Part shown: piece by piece, positions 49,322 to 59,701 of the stretch | Position numbering within the stretch: position 1 is the first letter of the stretch | Layout of the letters: each line of letters begins with the position of its first letter | Virus record (IMG/VR): IMGVR_UViG_3300045973_000169 | Location: 62,001 to 126,000 of that record | Reading direction: 5' to 3' (one strand) | Length of the DNA stretch: 64,000 nt | Made by a program: the position numbers and the translations under genes | Notes under the pieces: model-generated | Seen by the model: only the letters and a program-made list of their open reading frames with translations | Databases searched by the model: none | Told to the model about the DNA's origin: nothing

Positions 49322-50074
49322 ATGAAACAAAAAATTAATTTATTAAATATAAGATTTGGCAGACTCCTGGTAATACAGGAGTCTGAAAAAACATCTTATA
49401 ATAGAACACAATGGCTTTGTAAGTGTGATTGTGGGAATGAAGTTAAAGTTGCTACAACAAGCTTACAATCGGGAGCTACTGTATCATGTGGTTGCTTTAG
49501 GATAGAGCAATGCAGTAAAAAACTTTCATTAGATTTAATTGGTAAAAAATTTGGGAAATTACTTGTTTTGGAAAGAAAAGGATCTCAAAAACTTAATGGA
49601 GAAAATTATAAATATGCAAGGTCAGTATGGCTTTGTTTGTGTGATTGTGGGAAAACTTATGAAGTTACAGGGCAATTACTTATATTAAATAAAGTTTGTT
49701 CATGTGGCTGTGCTTCAGTTATAAGTGGCGAAAAACATCATAATTGGAATCCAAATAAAACGGATGAAGAAAGGTTACAACATCGAGATACCAAAGAGTA
49801 TTTTAAATGGCGTAAATCTATATTCAATAAATTTAATTGGACATGCCAATGTTGTAAAGTTAAGAGACATTTAGGACTAAATGCACATCATATCCAAAAT
49901 TACTCAAATCATAAAGAATTAAGATTTAATATTGATAATGGTTTACTATTATGTAGATATTGTCATAGAAAATTTCATAAAGAATATGGTAGAAAAAATA
50001 ATAATATTTCTCAATTAAAGGAATTTTTACAAAATAATGAAAAAGAAACAGTACTGCACAAGGATGCTTCTTAA
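49322..50074 (+). CDS. HNH homing endonuclease
   Basis: FG.L.V...W.C.CDCG repeats, HHNW, AHHI...NG..LC..CH..FH. Confidence 0.9.
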   Translation: MKQKINLLNIRFGRLLVIQESEKTSYNRTQWLCKCDCGNEVKVATTSLQSGATVSCGCFRIEQCSKKLSLDLIGKKFGKLLVLERKGSQKLNGENYKYARSVWLCLCDCGKTYEVTGQLLILNKVCSCGCASVISGEKHHNWNPNKTDEERLQHRDTKEYFKWRKSIFNKFNWTCQCCKVKRHLGLNAHHIQNYSNHKELRFNIDNGLLLCRYCHRKFHKEYGRKNNNISQLKEFLQNNEKETVLHKDAS

Positions 50075-50957
50075 TAATGCTTGCTATATGGCTAAAGATT
50101 ATAGCTATTTTATAAATGGAAAGTGTTCTAATTGCCATTGGTGTTATAGGTATTGTTATAACTATAAACCAAAGACTTATCTTTCAAGATGGATACATGA
50201 AGAATTAAAATATAATGATGACTTGTATATGGCTCCAATATTTATTAGTAGGTATTGTGAGCCATTCTTGTCACCAAATTATAGAAAACATTCCTTATAT
50301 GTAGCTAATAACTTTATAGAAAATGGTAGTCAAGTTATATTTAATACTTTAGGTGGAGAGCATTTTGATAACATAGAGGTTATAGATTTCATAAAGAAAA
50401 ATAACTCAAAGATTATGTTACAGTTTAAGATGTTTAATACTGATAATACTGAAGCTGGTAAGATTATAAGAAATTCTTTTTCTCCTAATATGGAGAATAG
50501 ATTTGATACAATTAAGAAATTTGATTTTGTTGATAGAGTAATAGTCATTGATCCATTAATCTTAGGGGTTAATGATATTGATTTTAAAAATATAATAATT
50601 AAAGTAAATGAAATTGGAATAAAAAAAGTTATTATAAAACAACTATTCTCAACTGATTACTTTAAACATTACCTTGAATTACATACTGGGAAAAGTAGTT
50701 TCTTATCTGAACAAGTAGGGAAGTTTTGGACTTATAATAATCATGGACTCTTAAAATCATTGCTTGATGGATTAGAATTATGCTATAAGTATAATATAGA
50801 TGTTCAATTCTGTAATAATAGAGAATTAAATAAAGTATTAAATAATAAAAAATACAATAACTGCTGTATGCTAGAAAATCCTATTGGACTATACGATATA
50901 GATAAACCCAAAATGGATAGAAAAGGCAGTAGTATAATTAGGTTTAATAATGAATGA
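50037..50957 (+). CDS. radical-SAM-like protein (SPL-like)
   Basis: CSNCHWCY Cys cluster, S..CEPF, IDP. Confidence 0.55.
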   Translation: MKKKQYCTRMLLNNACYMAKDYSYFINGKCSNCHWCYRYCYNYKPKTYLSRWIHEELKYNDDLYMAPIFISRYCEPFLSPNYRKHSLYVANNFIENGSQVIFNTLGGEHFDNIEVIDFIKKNNSKIMLQFKMFNTDNTEAGKIIRNSFSPNMENRFDTIKKFDFVDRVIVIDPLILGVNDIDFKNIIIKVNEIGIKKVIIKQLFSTDYFKHYLELHTGKSSFLSEQVGKFWTYNNHGLLKSLLDGLELCYKYNIDVQFCNNRELNKVLNNKKYNNCCMLENPIGLYDIDKPKMDRKGSSIIRFNNE

Positions 50958-51876
50958 AAAAAAATGCTATATAATGGATTATAGTTTTTATATATATAAT
51001 GGGGCTTTTGCTTACCCTGATTTACAAAATAAAGCAGGATTTAAAACAGGAGCCTTGTATCATGTATCTAATTATTTAGTACCTAAATTACGTGAGAACT
51101 ATGAGACTATCCTTATATTTGATCCTCCAAAAGCAGACTTAGATAGAACACAAATGCTTGCTGATTATAAAGGTAATAGACCTCCTACTCCTGAGTATAT
51201 AAAGAATCAGATGTTGTTAGGGCAAGAACTATTCCCTCTGACAGATAAAGTATTATGCTATGCATCTGAAACAGAAGAGTCTGATGATGTAATGGCTACT
51301 ATTGCTATTAGTAAAGCAAGGGATGGATATAAAGTTGTTGTTGGGTCTGATGATAAAGATATGTTTCCATTATTAGGATACAAGAATATAACCCTATTTA
51401 GACAAAAACAATACTTTACAAAAGAACATTTTGGCCCTTACATGAAAAAGAAACACAATATTGATTTCACTGACCCTTCTAGGTTTGATGAATTCTTAGC
51501 TATAATTGGAGATTCAGCCGATAACTATAATGTTATAAAAGGACTTGGACCAAAAGCTGCTGAGTATTTTCTTACTAAGTATAATCATATACTTGACCTA
51601 TGGGATGACTGGGATAATGTCGAAGAAAAATATAGAAAAAAACTATTGAAAAGTTGTAGTGGTTATAATTGTAAGAAATGTAAATCATGCGATATTAAAG
51701 GTACTGATTTAATTAAACTAAAAGATGAATTGAATCTTAGTTTACAATTAGCACAATTAAACACTAAAGCAAAATATAAATTATTAAATGTAAAGTCTGA
51801 TAAATCAGCTTTTATTGATAAGATATATGAATTAGAATTAAGGCATTTAATGAATAATGCCCAACTGTTTTTCTGA
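50950..51876 (+). CDS. 5'-3' exonuclease / flap endonuclease (PolI N-terminal-like)
   Basis: FD, YKGNR, ESDDVMA, SDDKD, GDSADN...IKGLGPK.A. Confidence 0.9.
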   Translation: MNEKKCYIMDYSFYIYNGAFAYPDLQNKAGFKTGALYHVSNYLVPKLRENYETILIFDPPKADLDRTQMLADYKGNRPPTPEYIKNQMLLGQELFPLTDKVLCYASETEESDDVMATIAISKARDGYKVVVGSDDKDMFPLLGYKNITLFRQKQYFTKEHFGPYMKKKHNIDFTDPSRFDEFLAIIGDSADNYNVIKGLGPKAAEYFLTKYNHILDLWDDWDNVEEKYRKKLLKSCSGYNCKKCKSCDIKGTDLIKLKDELNLSLQLAQLNTKAKYKLLNVKSDKSAFIDKIYELELRHLMNNAQLFF

Positions 51877-52347
51877 GGAATAAATGAATTTTTTTAAAAA
51901 TAAGACTAACCTACAAAAGATTAGTGTATGTCTAGGTATTATAAAAGGCTGTATCTCTTTAGCTCTTTTAACTAATCTTGGCAACCCTGATTTTAAACAA
52001 TACGATCAAAAAGTACAAGACAACAATAGATTTGGAAGGAAGTTTTAATGGAAATTAATAAAGATAATATTGAATTATTTATAACAAATCAAGGACTTAT
52101 AATTGGAGAAAGACAACGTGCTTTTTCTGAAGTTGTTAGATTAATAAATCCTTTACTTCTTATTAAGAATAATTCTGGTATTTATTTAACTGATCTCTTT
52201 ATGGGAGAGCAATGGATTATAATCCCACACTCTTACTGTATGCAGATTTCAGTAAATGAAACAATTAAAGATGAATATATAAAAGAAGTAGAGAAAAATA
52301 ATAGCTCTATCATTCTTCCAAATGCAGATAAAAGGATCATTCTATAA

Positions 52348-54801
52348 ATGATAACAGATATTCATGAGTTAATCGCTCAGTTAAAACTACGACTCCCAGA
52401 CTATTTAGCATTACATGGAGTAAGTGAACCAAATAAAAAGTTTCTCTGTTTATTCCCTGGACATACTGATCAGAACCCGTCTATGCAAATGCATAAATGT
52501 GGGACATTTGTTAATTGTTTTTCTGGCGGTCACCATGGAGATATCTTTACAGTAGCTAATTGGCTAGAAGATAAACCTCTTGACGGAGAAGACTTTATCA
52601 AAGATAATGTTTATTATCTAGCTGATCTACTTGGTATTAAATATAGTATCTGCTCTACTAATTCAGAGAAGATTGCATTAAAGAATAATTATCTTAGAGC
52701 ATATAAGACTGTTGCATCTTATATTGAATTTACTGCTGATAAAACTCCAACTCCAGCTTTTGAAAAAGAGATGGTTAAAAGAGGCTGGGCAGTTAAGAAA
52801 TCAATAGGACTTGGACTAGGATGTGTCCATTCGTTTAAAGATGTATTGAACTTATTAAAAGCAAATGATTTTACTAATGAGTTTATTGATCTATGTGGAT
52901 TAATGAGAGCTGATTTGTTTAATCCAGATAATGTTCTCTTTACAATCTATGATGCTTATGGTAGACCAATTGCCTTTTATGCTAGAGATACAAAATTTGA
53001 AGAAAAGAAAAAGGCTTATGAAGCAAGAGACAAGATGGATATGTCTCATTCTAAAGTCCCAATGAAATTTAATTCAACTGCTAACTTTACTGGGATATAT
53101 GAAAAATCATTGAATCCATATGGTATTCATGATATTAAGAATTCACATACAGTAATTGTAGTTGAAGGACATGGATGTAAACATTCCCTTAGATTAGCTG
53201 AGATTGATAATGTTATAGCTCTTGGTGGCTTGGCTTTCAATGAACAGTTAGTTTCTAAGCTTTCTAGTTTAGGTGTAACTAAATTAGTCCTTACATTAGA
53301 TAATGATGATAAAGGAAAAGAAAAGCTTAAGTCTATTATTAGACAATATTATGGTAAACTCCCATTAGACTTATCTGTGTTAGATATGGCATCTGTTTAT
53401 AATGATGTTAAAGACCCAGATGAATTTTTAAGAAAATATAATGTTGAAGCCTTTAAACAAATACCTGAAAAGAATGCACTCGAATGGATTGCTATTACAG
53501 AGTTATTTGAAAAGGGTGATGCTTATGTAGTATTACAAGATCTACTTCCTTTGATTGCACTTGAAAGATCTCCTATTAATCGTAGGAGAATTGAAGGTTT
53601 AATCTCTGATATTACTGGAATTGATAAGAATGATATTCATGATGAGGTAGAACAAAAGATTACTCTTTCTAAAGACCGTAAAGGTGAGGTAGCACTCAAG
53701 ATATTAGATGAGGCTAGAGAGCTTCTTATATCTAATCCTAGTGCCATTGATGCAGTAACTAATCTTATATCAAGTCGTCTTGGTAATATTAATAAAACAG
53801 ATACAGATGAGGATCTATACTCTAGCAATGAAGTTCTAAGAAGTTTAGCTCTTCAGGAAGAAAGAGAAGACTCTGGAGTTATAGATCCTATTATTAGAAC
53901 TGGTTGGGAAGAGTTTGATTCTAAGATCCAACTTCCACAAGAAGAAGCATTCTGTTTAATTCCTGGTGCTCCTAATACTGGGAAGTCAAGTTTATGTTTG
54001 TGTGCTGCAAATGGTATTCTTGATAATGATCCTGATGCTATTGTTATCATTCATAGTACTGATGATAGTAGAGCTGTTTATTTTAATCGTCTTGTAGCTA
54101 ATAAAGCTAAGATTAATATGAACTGGATTAAACGTCCTAATCATTATTTAGATGAGACTCTTGCTAGAAGAAGAAAAGATGCATATAAAGAATTGACAGA
54201 ACATATTAGAAGTGGTAGACTTATCATTAAAGATGTTATGCATGGTGATACGGTAGAGTATCATGGTAAGTTAGTTCAGTATATAAGAGATAAGAATCCT
54301 AGCAAAAAGATATTTAGTGTATGTGATAACTTTCATAGACTAGGTACTGAAATTGGGTATGATGATAGTCGTGTAAAATATAAATATACATCTGGCTTAA
54401 TGAAATCATATACTACAAAATATGGGATTGTTGAATTTTGTACTGTTGAAATGAATAAGATGAGAATGTATGAGAGACATACAACTGCTGAAACTATTGC
54501 AGAAGCTGCAAGTTTACAGTTTGATGCTAACTTAATTATATTTTTATATAATGAAATTAATGCTTTAAGAGAAAATGCTAAAATGGTATTCCCTTCTACA
54601 ACAATGGACTATCATCCAGTTGCTGGATATTTACATAAGCCAACAACAAAACCTCTTATCGAAGCTTTAGTCCTAAAGAATAAAGTATCAGAATTCAAAG
54701 GTAGTTTATGGTTTAAGTTCCATCCAGAGCTAGCTAATTATGATCCTATCTCTTATGAGGAAGTTAAACAAATTACTGCTGATGGAGAAGAACAAGGCTA
54801 A
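52348..54801 (+). CDS. DnaG-type primase fused to DnaB-like helicase
   Basis: CLFPGH.D..PS Zn finger, TOPRIM VVEG / LDNDDKG / KDPDE, Walker A GAPNTGKS, LKNK. Confidence 0.9.
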   Translation: MITDIHELIAQLKLRLPDYLALHGVSEPNKKFLCLFPGHTDQNPSMQMHKCGTFVNCFSGGHHGDIFTVANWLEDKPLDGEDFIKDNVYYLADLLGIKYSICSTNSEKIALKNNYLRAYKTVASYIEFTADKTPTPAFEKEMVKRGWAVKKSIGLGLGCVHSFKDVLNLLKANDFTNEFIDLCGLMRADLFNPDNVLFTIYDAYGRPIAFYARDTKFEEKKKAYEARDKMDMSHSKVPMKFNSTANFTGIYEKSLNPYGIHDIKNSHTVIVVEGHGCKHSLRLAEIDNVIALGGLAFNEQLVSKLSSLGVTKLVLTLDNDDKGKEKLKSIIRQYYGKLPLDLSVLDMASVYNDVKDPDEFLRKYNVEAFKQIPEKNALEWIAITELFEKGDAYVVLQDLLPLIALERSPINRRRIEGLISDITGIDKNDIHDEVEQKITLSKDRKGEVALKILDEARELLISNPSAIDAVTNLISSRLGNINKTDTDEDLYSSNEVLRSLALQEEREDSGVIDPIIRTGWEEFDSKIQLPQEEAFCLIPGAPNTGKSSLCLCAANGILDNDPDAIVIIHSTDDSRAVYFNRLVANKAKINMNWIKRPNHYLDETLARRRKDAYKELTEHIRSGRLIIKDVMHGDTVEYHGKLVQYIRDKNPSKKIFSVCDNFHRLGTEIGYDDSRVKYKYTSGLMKSYTTKYGIVEFCTVEMNKMRMYERHTTAETIAEAASLQFDANLIIFLYNEINALRENAKMVFPSTTMDYHPVAGYLHKPTTKPLIEALVLKNKVSEFKGSLWFKFHPELANYDPISYEEVKQITADGEEQG

Positions 54802-55505
54802 TGAACTTAATATATAAACAACATATAAATAACTATATCTTTTGTCCTTACTTGTATGCTAAGAATATTTTAGCAAATAAGTATGGGCAGAAGTCTGAAG
54901 GTGATTATAAAAAGTTTAAAGACTTTTTAAATGATACAGCTTCTTATGAAATGAAAAATAATACAAAAATGAATTTATCTGAATATAGAACTGGGTATAC
55001 AAATAGGTTCTATAGTAGTAAGTCTGATTTATTCAATAAAGATCTAACTGGATTAGTGTCTAAGTTAAATAATATCTTTTCTCCATTTTCTGATAATCTT
55101 TTTATTGGGTATAATCTTCCTGTTGAAATTGTTATTCCTGGAACTCAAAATGTCTATAAAGATACAATATCATATCTTATGACTGATCTTGAAGATACTA
55201 AGATTATAGCAATTGAGATAGAAGATCTATCAGGAGATAAATTCAATTTTTATAAAAAAATGCTAAAAGATTGGCCTCAGTATTATACATTATATTCTTA
55301 CTTAGCATATAAGTTTGATAGAATGGTTGAGGTTATTATTTTAGACCCTATCCTTAATGAGAAGATTGAAATGGTCTTTTTAAAAGATAGACATAAAGAT
55401 GACCTAAAAGAACTAGGTGATATCATAATGCCAATTGAAAAGAATATACTCTATAAGAATTTCTTTGCCTGTGGTAATTGTGAATTAATAGGAGATTGTA
55501 AATAA
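54801..55505 (+). CDS. degenerate Cas4/AddB-like Fe-S PD-(D/E)xK protein
   Basis: N-terminal Y..CP and C-terminal CGNC....C. Confidence 0.45.
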   Translation: MNLIYKQHINNYIFCPYLYAKNILANKYGQKSEGDYKKFKDFLNDTASYEMKNNTKMNLSEYRTGYTNRFYSSKSDLFNKDLTGLVSKLNNIFSPFSDNLFIGYNLPVEIVIPGTQNVYKDTISYLMTDLEDTKIIAIEIEDLSGDKFNFYKKMLKDWPQYYTLYSYLAYKFDRMVEVIILDPILNEKIEMVFLKDRHKDDLKELGDIIMPIEKNILYKNFFACGNCELIGDCK

Positions 55506-55961
55506 TGGATTTAGTTACATGTAGTTGTGGTAGTACATTGTTTGAAAATATAATTACAATGGAGTTTGATAAAACAGACTTTAGGGTATGGAGCTATGCT
55601 TCAAAGTTAGTCCCTGCTGTTAGTTGTATCCCTGTTGCTAAGTGTCTTGCATGTGGTAGAATTACTATTCCTTCTACATCTATGATGGGCAAGCATAATG
55701 GAGACCCAGAAGTTAAAGCTTATGCACAATTAATTGATATTGCAGATAAGATCAACAAAGCTATTAGTGATAGAGAATTAAATGTTGCAATTGATTTAGC
55801 TTTCTTTGCTAATATATCAAATAGACTAGATACACTTGAGAATAAAGTATGTGGCTGTAAAGCTCCTGAAATTACTCAAGAGCTTAAAGATCTACGTTCA
55901 GAAAAGGCGTCTAAATCTGCTGTTTCAAATGATACTCCTAAACCTAAAAGGTCTAAAAAAG

Positions 55962-56333
55962 GTGTCTAAACAACAAGTTGAAGTAGAAAGACTTTTATCT
56001 CTGTTATATAATGACTTAGAATCAGAGATAGATTTAAGTAAAATAACAAATGTTAAATTACATAAAGGGATTCGAGTTGATATTTGGATCCCTTCTATTA
56101 GATGTATTGTTGAAATACATGGTATACAACATCATAAACCAAGTGGATTTGGTAAAGATAAAGTTGAAACTCTTAATGTATTCAATAGACAGCTAGATAG
56201 AGACTCCAAATTAATTACTATATGTAATCGATTTGATATTAATTATGAACAAATAGACTATAACGAGAAAGTAGATTTTACTAGTCTTGTTAGGAGATTT
56301 AATAAATATGATGAGAGCAAAGTTGAAAGTTGA
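55962..56333 (+). CDS. PD-(D/E)xK (Vsr-like) nuclease
   Basis: RVDIWIP...IVEIHGIQH...RD..L. Confidence 0.65.
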   Translation: MSKQQVEVERLLSLLYNDLESEIDLSKITNVKLHKGIRVDIWIPSIRCIVEIHGIQHHKPSGFGKDKVETLNVFNRQLDRDSKLITICNRFDINYEQIDYNEKVDFTSLVRRFNKYDESKVES

Positions 56334-56543
56334 ATCTGTCACTAAAACAGAAGGCAACGAGATTTTAAAAATGAGAGCAGTATGTAAACTAGGTGGCTAT
56401 CCAAATGATGGAACAGATGAGGATAATACATTTGCTTTATGGACTCCTGGAGCAACATTAGAAATGTTTATCACTAATCCTGCTCTATATGGTAAGATTA
56501 AGCCAGGCCAGAAATTTTATGTTGATTTTACTTTGGCAGAATA

Positions 56544-57164
56544 ATGTATATAGGAATCGATCTTGCTCTTCGTAATATAGGAGTTGTGGCACTTAGTAAA
56601 ACTGGTAATCTTATTAACTTTAGATTAATTACATCTGATCCTAAGAAGATTAATGGTGAAGATCTACTTATGTCAAATAAGATTAGTTTAAATGGAGCTA
56701 TTTATTCATGCATTAATGCTAATAAAAGTGAAGTTTTAAATATAGGACTTGAAGGACTTGCCTTTGGTAGTCCAAGCGCACTAATAGATTTGATAGCAGC
56801 TAACCATTGGATAACTAGAATTGAAATAAAGAAAGATGGATTTCCATTAACTGTTATCCCTCCTAGGGCTTGGCTTAAAGAGTTTGTCACAAAAGATGTT
56901 CTAGCAGATTGGGCTAAACGATTCCCAGTAGTTAGAGCTAAAAAGAAAATGAAATTAACAAAAGAAGAAAAGGCTGCTAATACTAAATCAAAAGCTGCGA
57001 TTCGTAAAGAATCAAAAGAGATGATTTACAATAAGGTGCCTGCTAAGATAAGAGAGCAGTTCGAAGCTTATCTTGAAAAAAATAAATTACCTAAAGATGG
57101 GAAATTAGATTTATCTGATGCTTATCATTTAGCTAATTATATTAGGAAGAAAAATGGAACCTGA
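56544..57164 (+). CDS. RuvC-like Holliday junction resolvase
   Basis: YIGIDL...G, GLEG, P..W.K, D.SDAY. Confidence 0.8.
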   Translation: MYIGIDLALRNIGVVALSKTGNLINFRLITSDPKKINGEDLLMSNKISLNGAIYSCINANKSEVLNIGLEGLAFGSPSALIDLIAANHWITRIEIKKDGFPLTVIPPRAWLKEFVTKDVLADWAKRFPVVRAKKKMKLTKEEKAANTKSKAAIRKESKEMIYNKVPAKIREQFEAYLEKNKLPKDGKLDLSDAYHLANYIRKKNGT

Positions 57165-58008
57165 GATATTAGAAGATGAAATTATAAATGAAATCTCTTT
57201 GACCAATATTCCATCTAACAAGACACGTAAAAAAGTAAGACAATTTAATGAGTTTAGTGTAGTAACTAAGCTTATTAAGAAGTATAAGCAAAAAGAAGAT
57301 GAGAAAGTATTATTAGAGATAATAAAAGCGTTAGAGGGAATCATAAATACATTTACTATCATAGTATGTCCAGGTGACCCTTCTCAACAGATATACCTTA
57401 ACCCTTATATGAAAAAGTTTATTGGAATGTTCTTAACTAAAGAAGAACAGAACAGTACGACATATATGACTTATATGCAAGCTGTATATAGGATTAGATG
57501 GGTTATGAGATATTGGACTTATGAAGATCTATATGCAGAATTAATTAAACTACTTGTTGATATAGTTAAGAAGATTAGAATCATTGGTGATTGTGATTGT
57601 ATCTATTATATTCAGTTTGTTATGAAGTTTAAGATGCATGGGCTTGTAGTTAAAACTGCAAAGGATATTATGGTAGACATTAAAGAAATGCCTACTGATT
57701 TCAATGCTACATCACAGAATGATGGCTATGAAGATACACTTGAAAGATTAACACTTGGACCAGATAATTATAAATATGAAGATAGACTTATTGAAAGTTT
57801 ATATGATGAGATTGATTTAGATATTCTCACCAATAAAGAAGATGTATTTAAATATTTTTGTTCTTATGAAAAATATATTATTTATCTACATGAATATTTA
57901 CTATTGACACCTCAGAAGATTTCGTCTATACTTAAAGAATCTCTTGAGGAAGTAACCGACCGATTAGATGACATTAAATACAAGCTTGAACAATTCACAA
58001 GCAACTAA
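57154..58008 (+). CDS. divergent sigma-70-like transcription factor
   Basis: Region-2-like YEDLYAE..., C-terminal HTH EKYII.L.....T.QKIS.IL..S...V. Confidence 0.55.
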   Translation: MEPEILEDEIINEISLTNIPSNKTRKKVRQFNEFSVVTKLIKKYKQKEDEKVLLEIIKALEGIINTFTIIVCPGDPSQQIYLNPYMKKFIGMFLTKEEQNSTTYMTYMQAVYRIRWVMRYWTYEDLYAELIKLLVDIVKKIRIIGDCDCIYYIQFVMKFKMHGLVVKTAKDIMVDIKEMPTDFNATSQNDGYEDTLERLTLGPDNYKYEDRLIESLYDEIDLDILTNKEDVFKYFCSYEKYIIYLHEYLLLTPQKISSILKESLEEVTDRLDDIKYKLEQFTSN

Positions 58009-58237
58009 AGGAAGAATAACACATGAGCGTACAATTAGAAGACAAAGTAGTAAATCTTGAAAATCAGGCTTATATCACTTACTTACAAATCAATTCACTA
58101 ATTAAACAACTAGCTGAATTAAAAGTAATTGAGACAGAAGCTCTGATCAAAGACATGGATGACCTTAACAGTAAGCTAGTTGAGGCTGTCGAAGCTGAGA
58201 TCGAGAAAAGCAAGACAGAAGAAACTGTAGAAGAAGT

Positions 58238-58264
58238 AGCGGCTTATTAAGCCGCTTTTCTTTT
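58238..58264 (+). terminator. intrinsic terminator
   Basis: agcggctt-att-aagccgct + T-run. Confidence 0.75.
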
Positions 58265-58273
58265 GGAGAAAAG

Positions 58274-58723
58274 ATGACTGATAATTTTATGATTGTAAAA
58301 TTTAAGAAGTTATCACCAGAGGCTATTATCCCCCAGCAGACCATTGGGAATGCTGGGATGGATATGACTGCCATCTCTTTTAAAGAGACTGATGATTACA
58401 CTGAATATGACACTGGCATTGCTGCAGAAATTCCTGAAGGATATGTAGGATTATTATTCCCAAGATCAAGTAACTCTAATATGGACTTACTGCTTTGTAA
58501 TAGCGTTGGTGTTGTGGATTCTGCTTATAGAGGGAGTATCCGTTTTAGATATAAACTTGTTGCAAATGATGAGAAAAAGAAAGTTTTCTATACTGTTTAT
58601 AATGTTGGCGATAGAGTAGGCCAACTAATAATTATGCCATATCCTACAATTAGATCATTAGAAGTAGATGAACTCTCTCCTACAGATCGTAATAATGGTG
58701 GCTTTGGGAGTACTGGTAAATGA
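58274..58723 (+). CDS. dut: trimeric dUTPase
   Basis: AGMD, PRSS, GVVDSAYRG, GDRVGQ, R..GGFGSTG. Confidence 0.95.
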   Translation: MTDNFMIVKFKKLSPEAIIPQQTIGNAGMDMTAISFKETDDYTEYDTGIAAEIPEGYVGLLFPRSSNSNMDLLLCNSVGVVDSAYRGSIRFRYKLVANDEKKKVFYTVYNVGDRVGQLIIMPYPTIRSLEVDELSPTDRNNGGFGSTGK

Positions 58724-59082
58724 AACTAAGAGTTACTAAAGTAAGATATGATGCTGTTGTTACAAAAGGAGCTTTATTCTTTTGTGATGAAGAAGATACA
58801 GTTGTTGCCCCTAATAGTGTTGTGCTATTAAAGACCGGAGTTAAAATTGCTGTTCCTTGTGAATATAAACTTGACATTAAGCTAATTGAAGATTTTATAG
58901 ATAGTGATATCGTCCTTCTTGGAGATACTGTTGCTCCATTAAAAATGGGGGCTGAGTTAGGGCTTATTGTTTCTAATGTAGGTCGTAAACAATTAAGAAT
59001 AGATACAGGTACAAAGATCGCTACATATAATATAATCAAATATGAAGATTATGAATTAGAGGATTTAGATGGCGTTGACTGA
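58720..59082 (+). CDS. dUTPase-fold paralog lacking catalytic motifs
   Basis: V.P...LLKTGVKIAVP, V.N....I..G.KIA; no RSS, GxxDxxY or motif V. Confidence 0.55.
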   Translation: MKLRVTKVRYDAVVTKGALFFCDEEDTVVAPNSVVLLKTGVKIAVPCEYKLDIKLIEDFIDSDIVLLGDTVAPLKMGAELGLIVSNVGRKQLRIDTGTKIATYNIIKYEDYELEDLDGVD

Positions 59083-59665
59083 TAACATTAGAGAAGAGTT
59101 TGTTAAACATTGCTTAGAAGATAGAGTTCTTTTAATAAATGGACCTATAGAGGATAGCATAGTAGAAGATACTATTATGCAAATTATCCATTGGAATAAA
59201 GAAGATACTATCGAAGAAGTTGATTCGAAGACTTACAATCGTAAAGACTTCCCTATTAAATTATATATTAATTCTAATGGTGGAAGTGCAACTGAATGTT
59301 TCTCGTTGATAAATGCAATGCAATCTAGCAAGACACCTGTACTTACCTTTGCTTTAGGTAAAGTGTATTCTGCTGGATTCCTTATTTTTATTGCTGGACA
59401 TCTTAGATTTGCTCAGAAATACAGTTCAATGATGTATCACCAGACCTCTTACATCAGAGGTGGAGAACAACAGTATCATGAAGAAATGCTTGAGTATGAT
59501 AAGCATGTTCAAAAAGTTGCAGAGGATATCGTTATGCAACATACTAAGTTCCCTAAAAAGAAGTTAGATGAGATTAAGAAATCTAAACAAGATTTCTATT
59601 TCCTTGCTAGTCAAGAAGAAGATCTTTATAGATCAAAATATAAAGTATTTGATTTTTATTACTAA
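59069..59665 (+). CDS. clpP: ClpP-like serine protease
   Basis: LYINSNGG, YSAG (Ser), MYHQ (His), D.Y. Confidence 0.85.
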   Translation: MALTDNIREEFVKHCLEDRVLLINGPIEDSIVEDTIMQIIHWNKEDTIEEVDSKTYNRKDFPIKLYINSNGGSATECFSLINAMQSSKTPVLTFALGKVYSAGFLIFIAGHLRFAQKYSSMMYHQTSYIRGGEQQYHEEMLEYDKHVQKVAEDIVMQHTKFPKKKLDEIKKSKQDFYFLASQEEDLYRSKYKVFDFYY

Positions 59666-59701
59666 ACCAACAATATAATGTTATGGAGTATTTAATATAG
59701 T

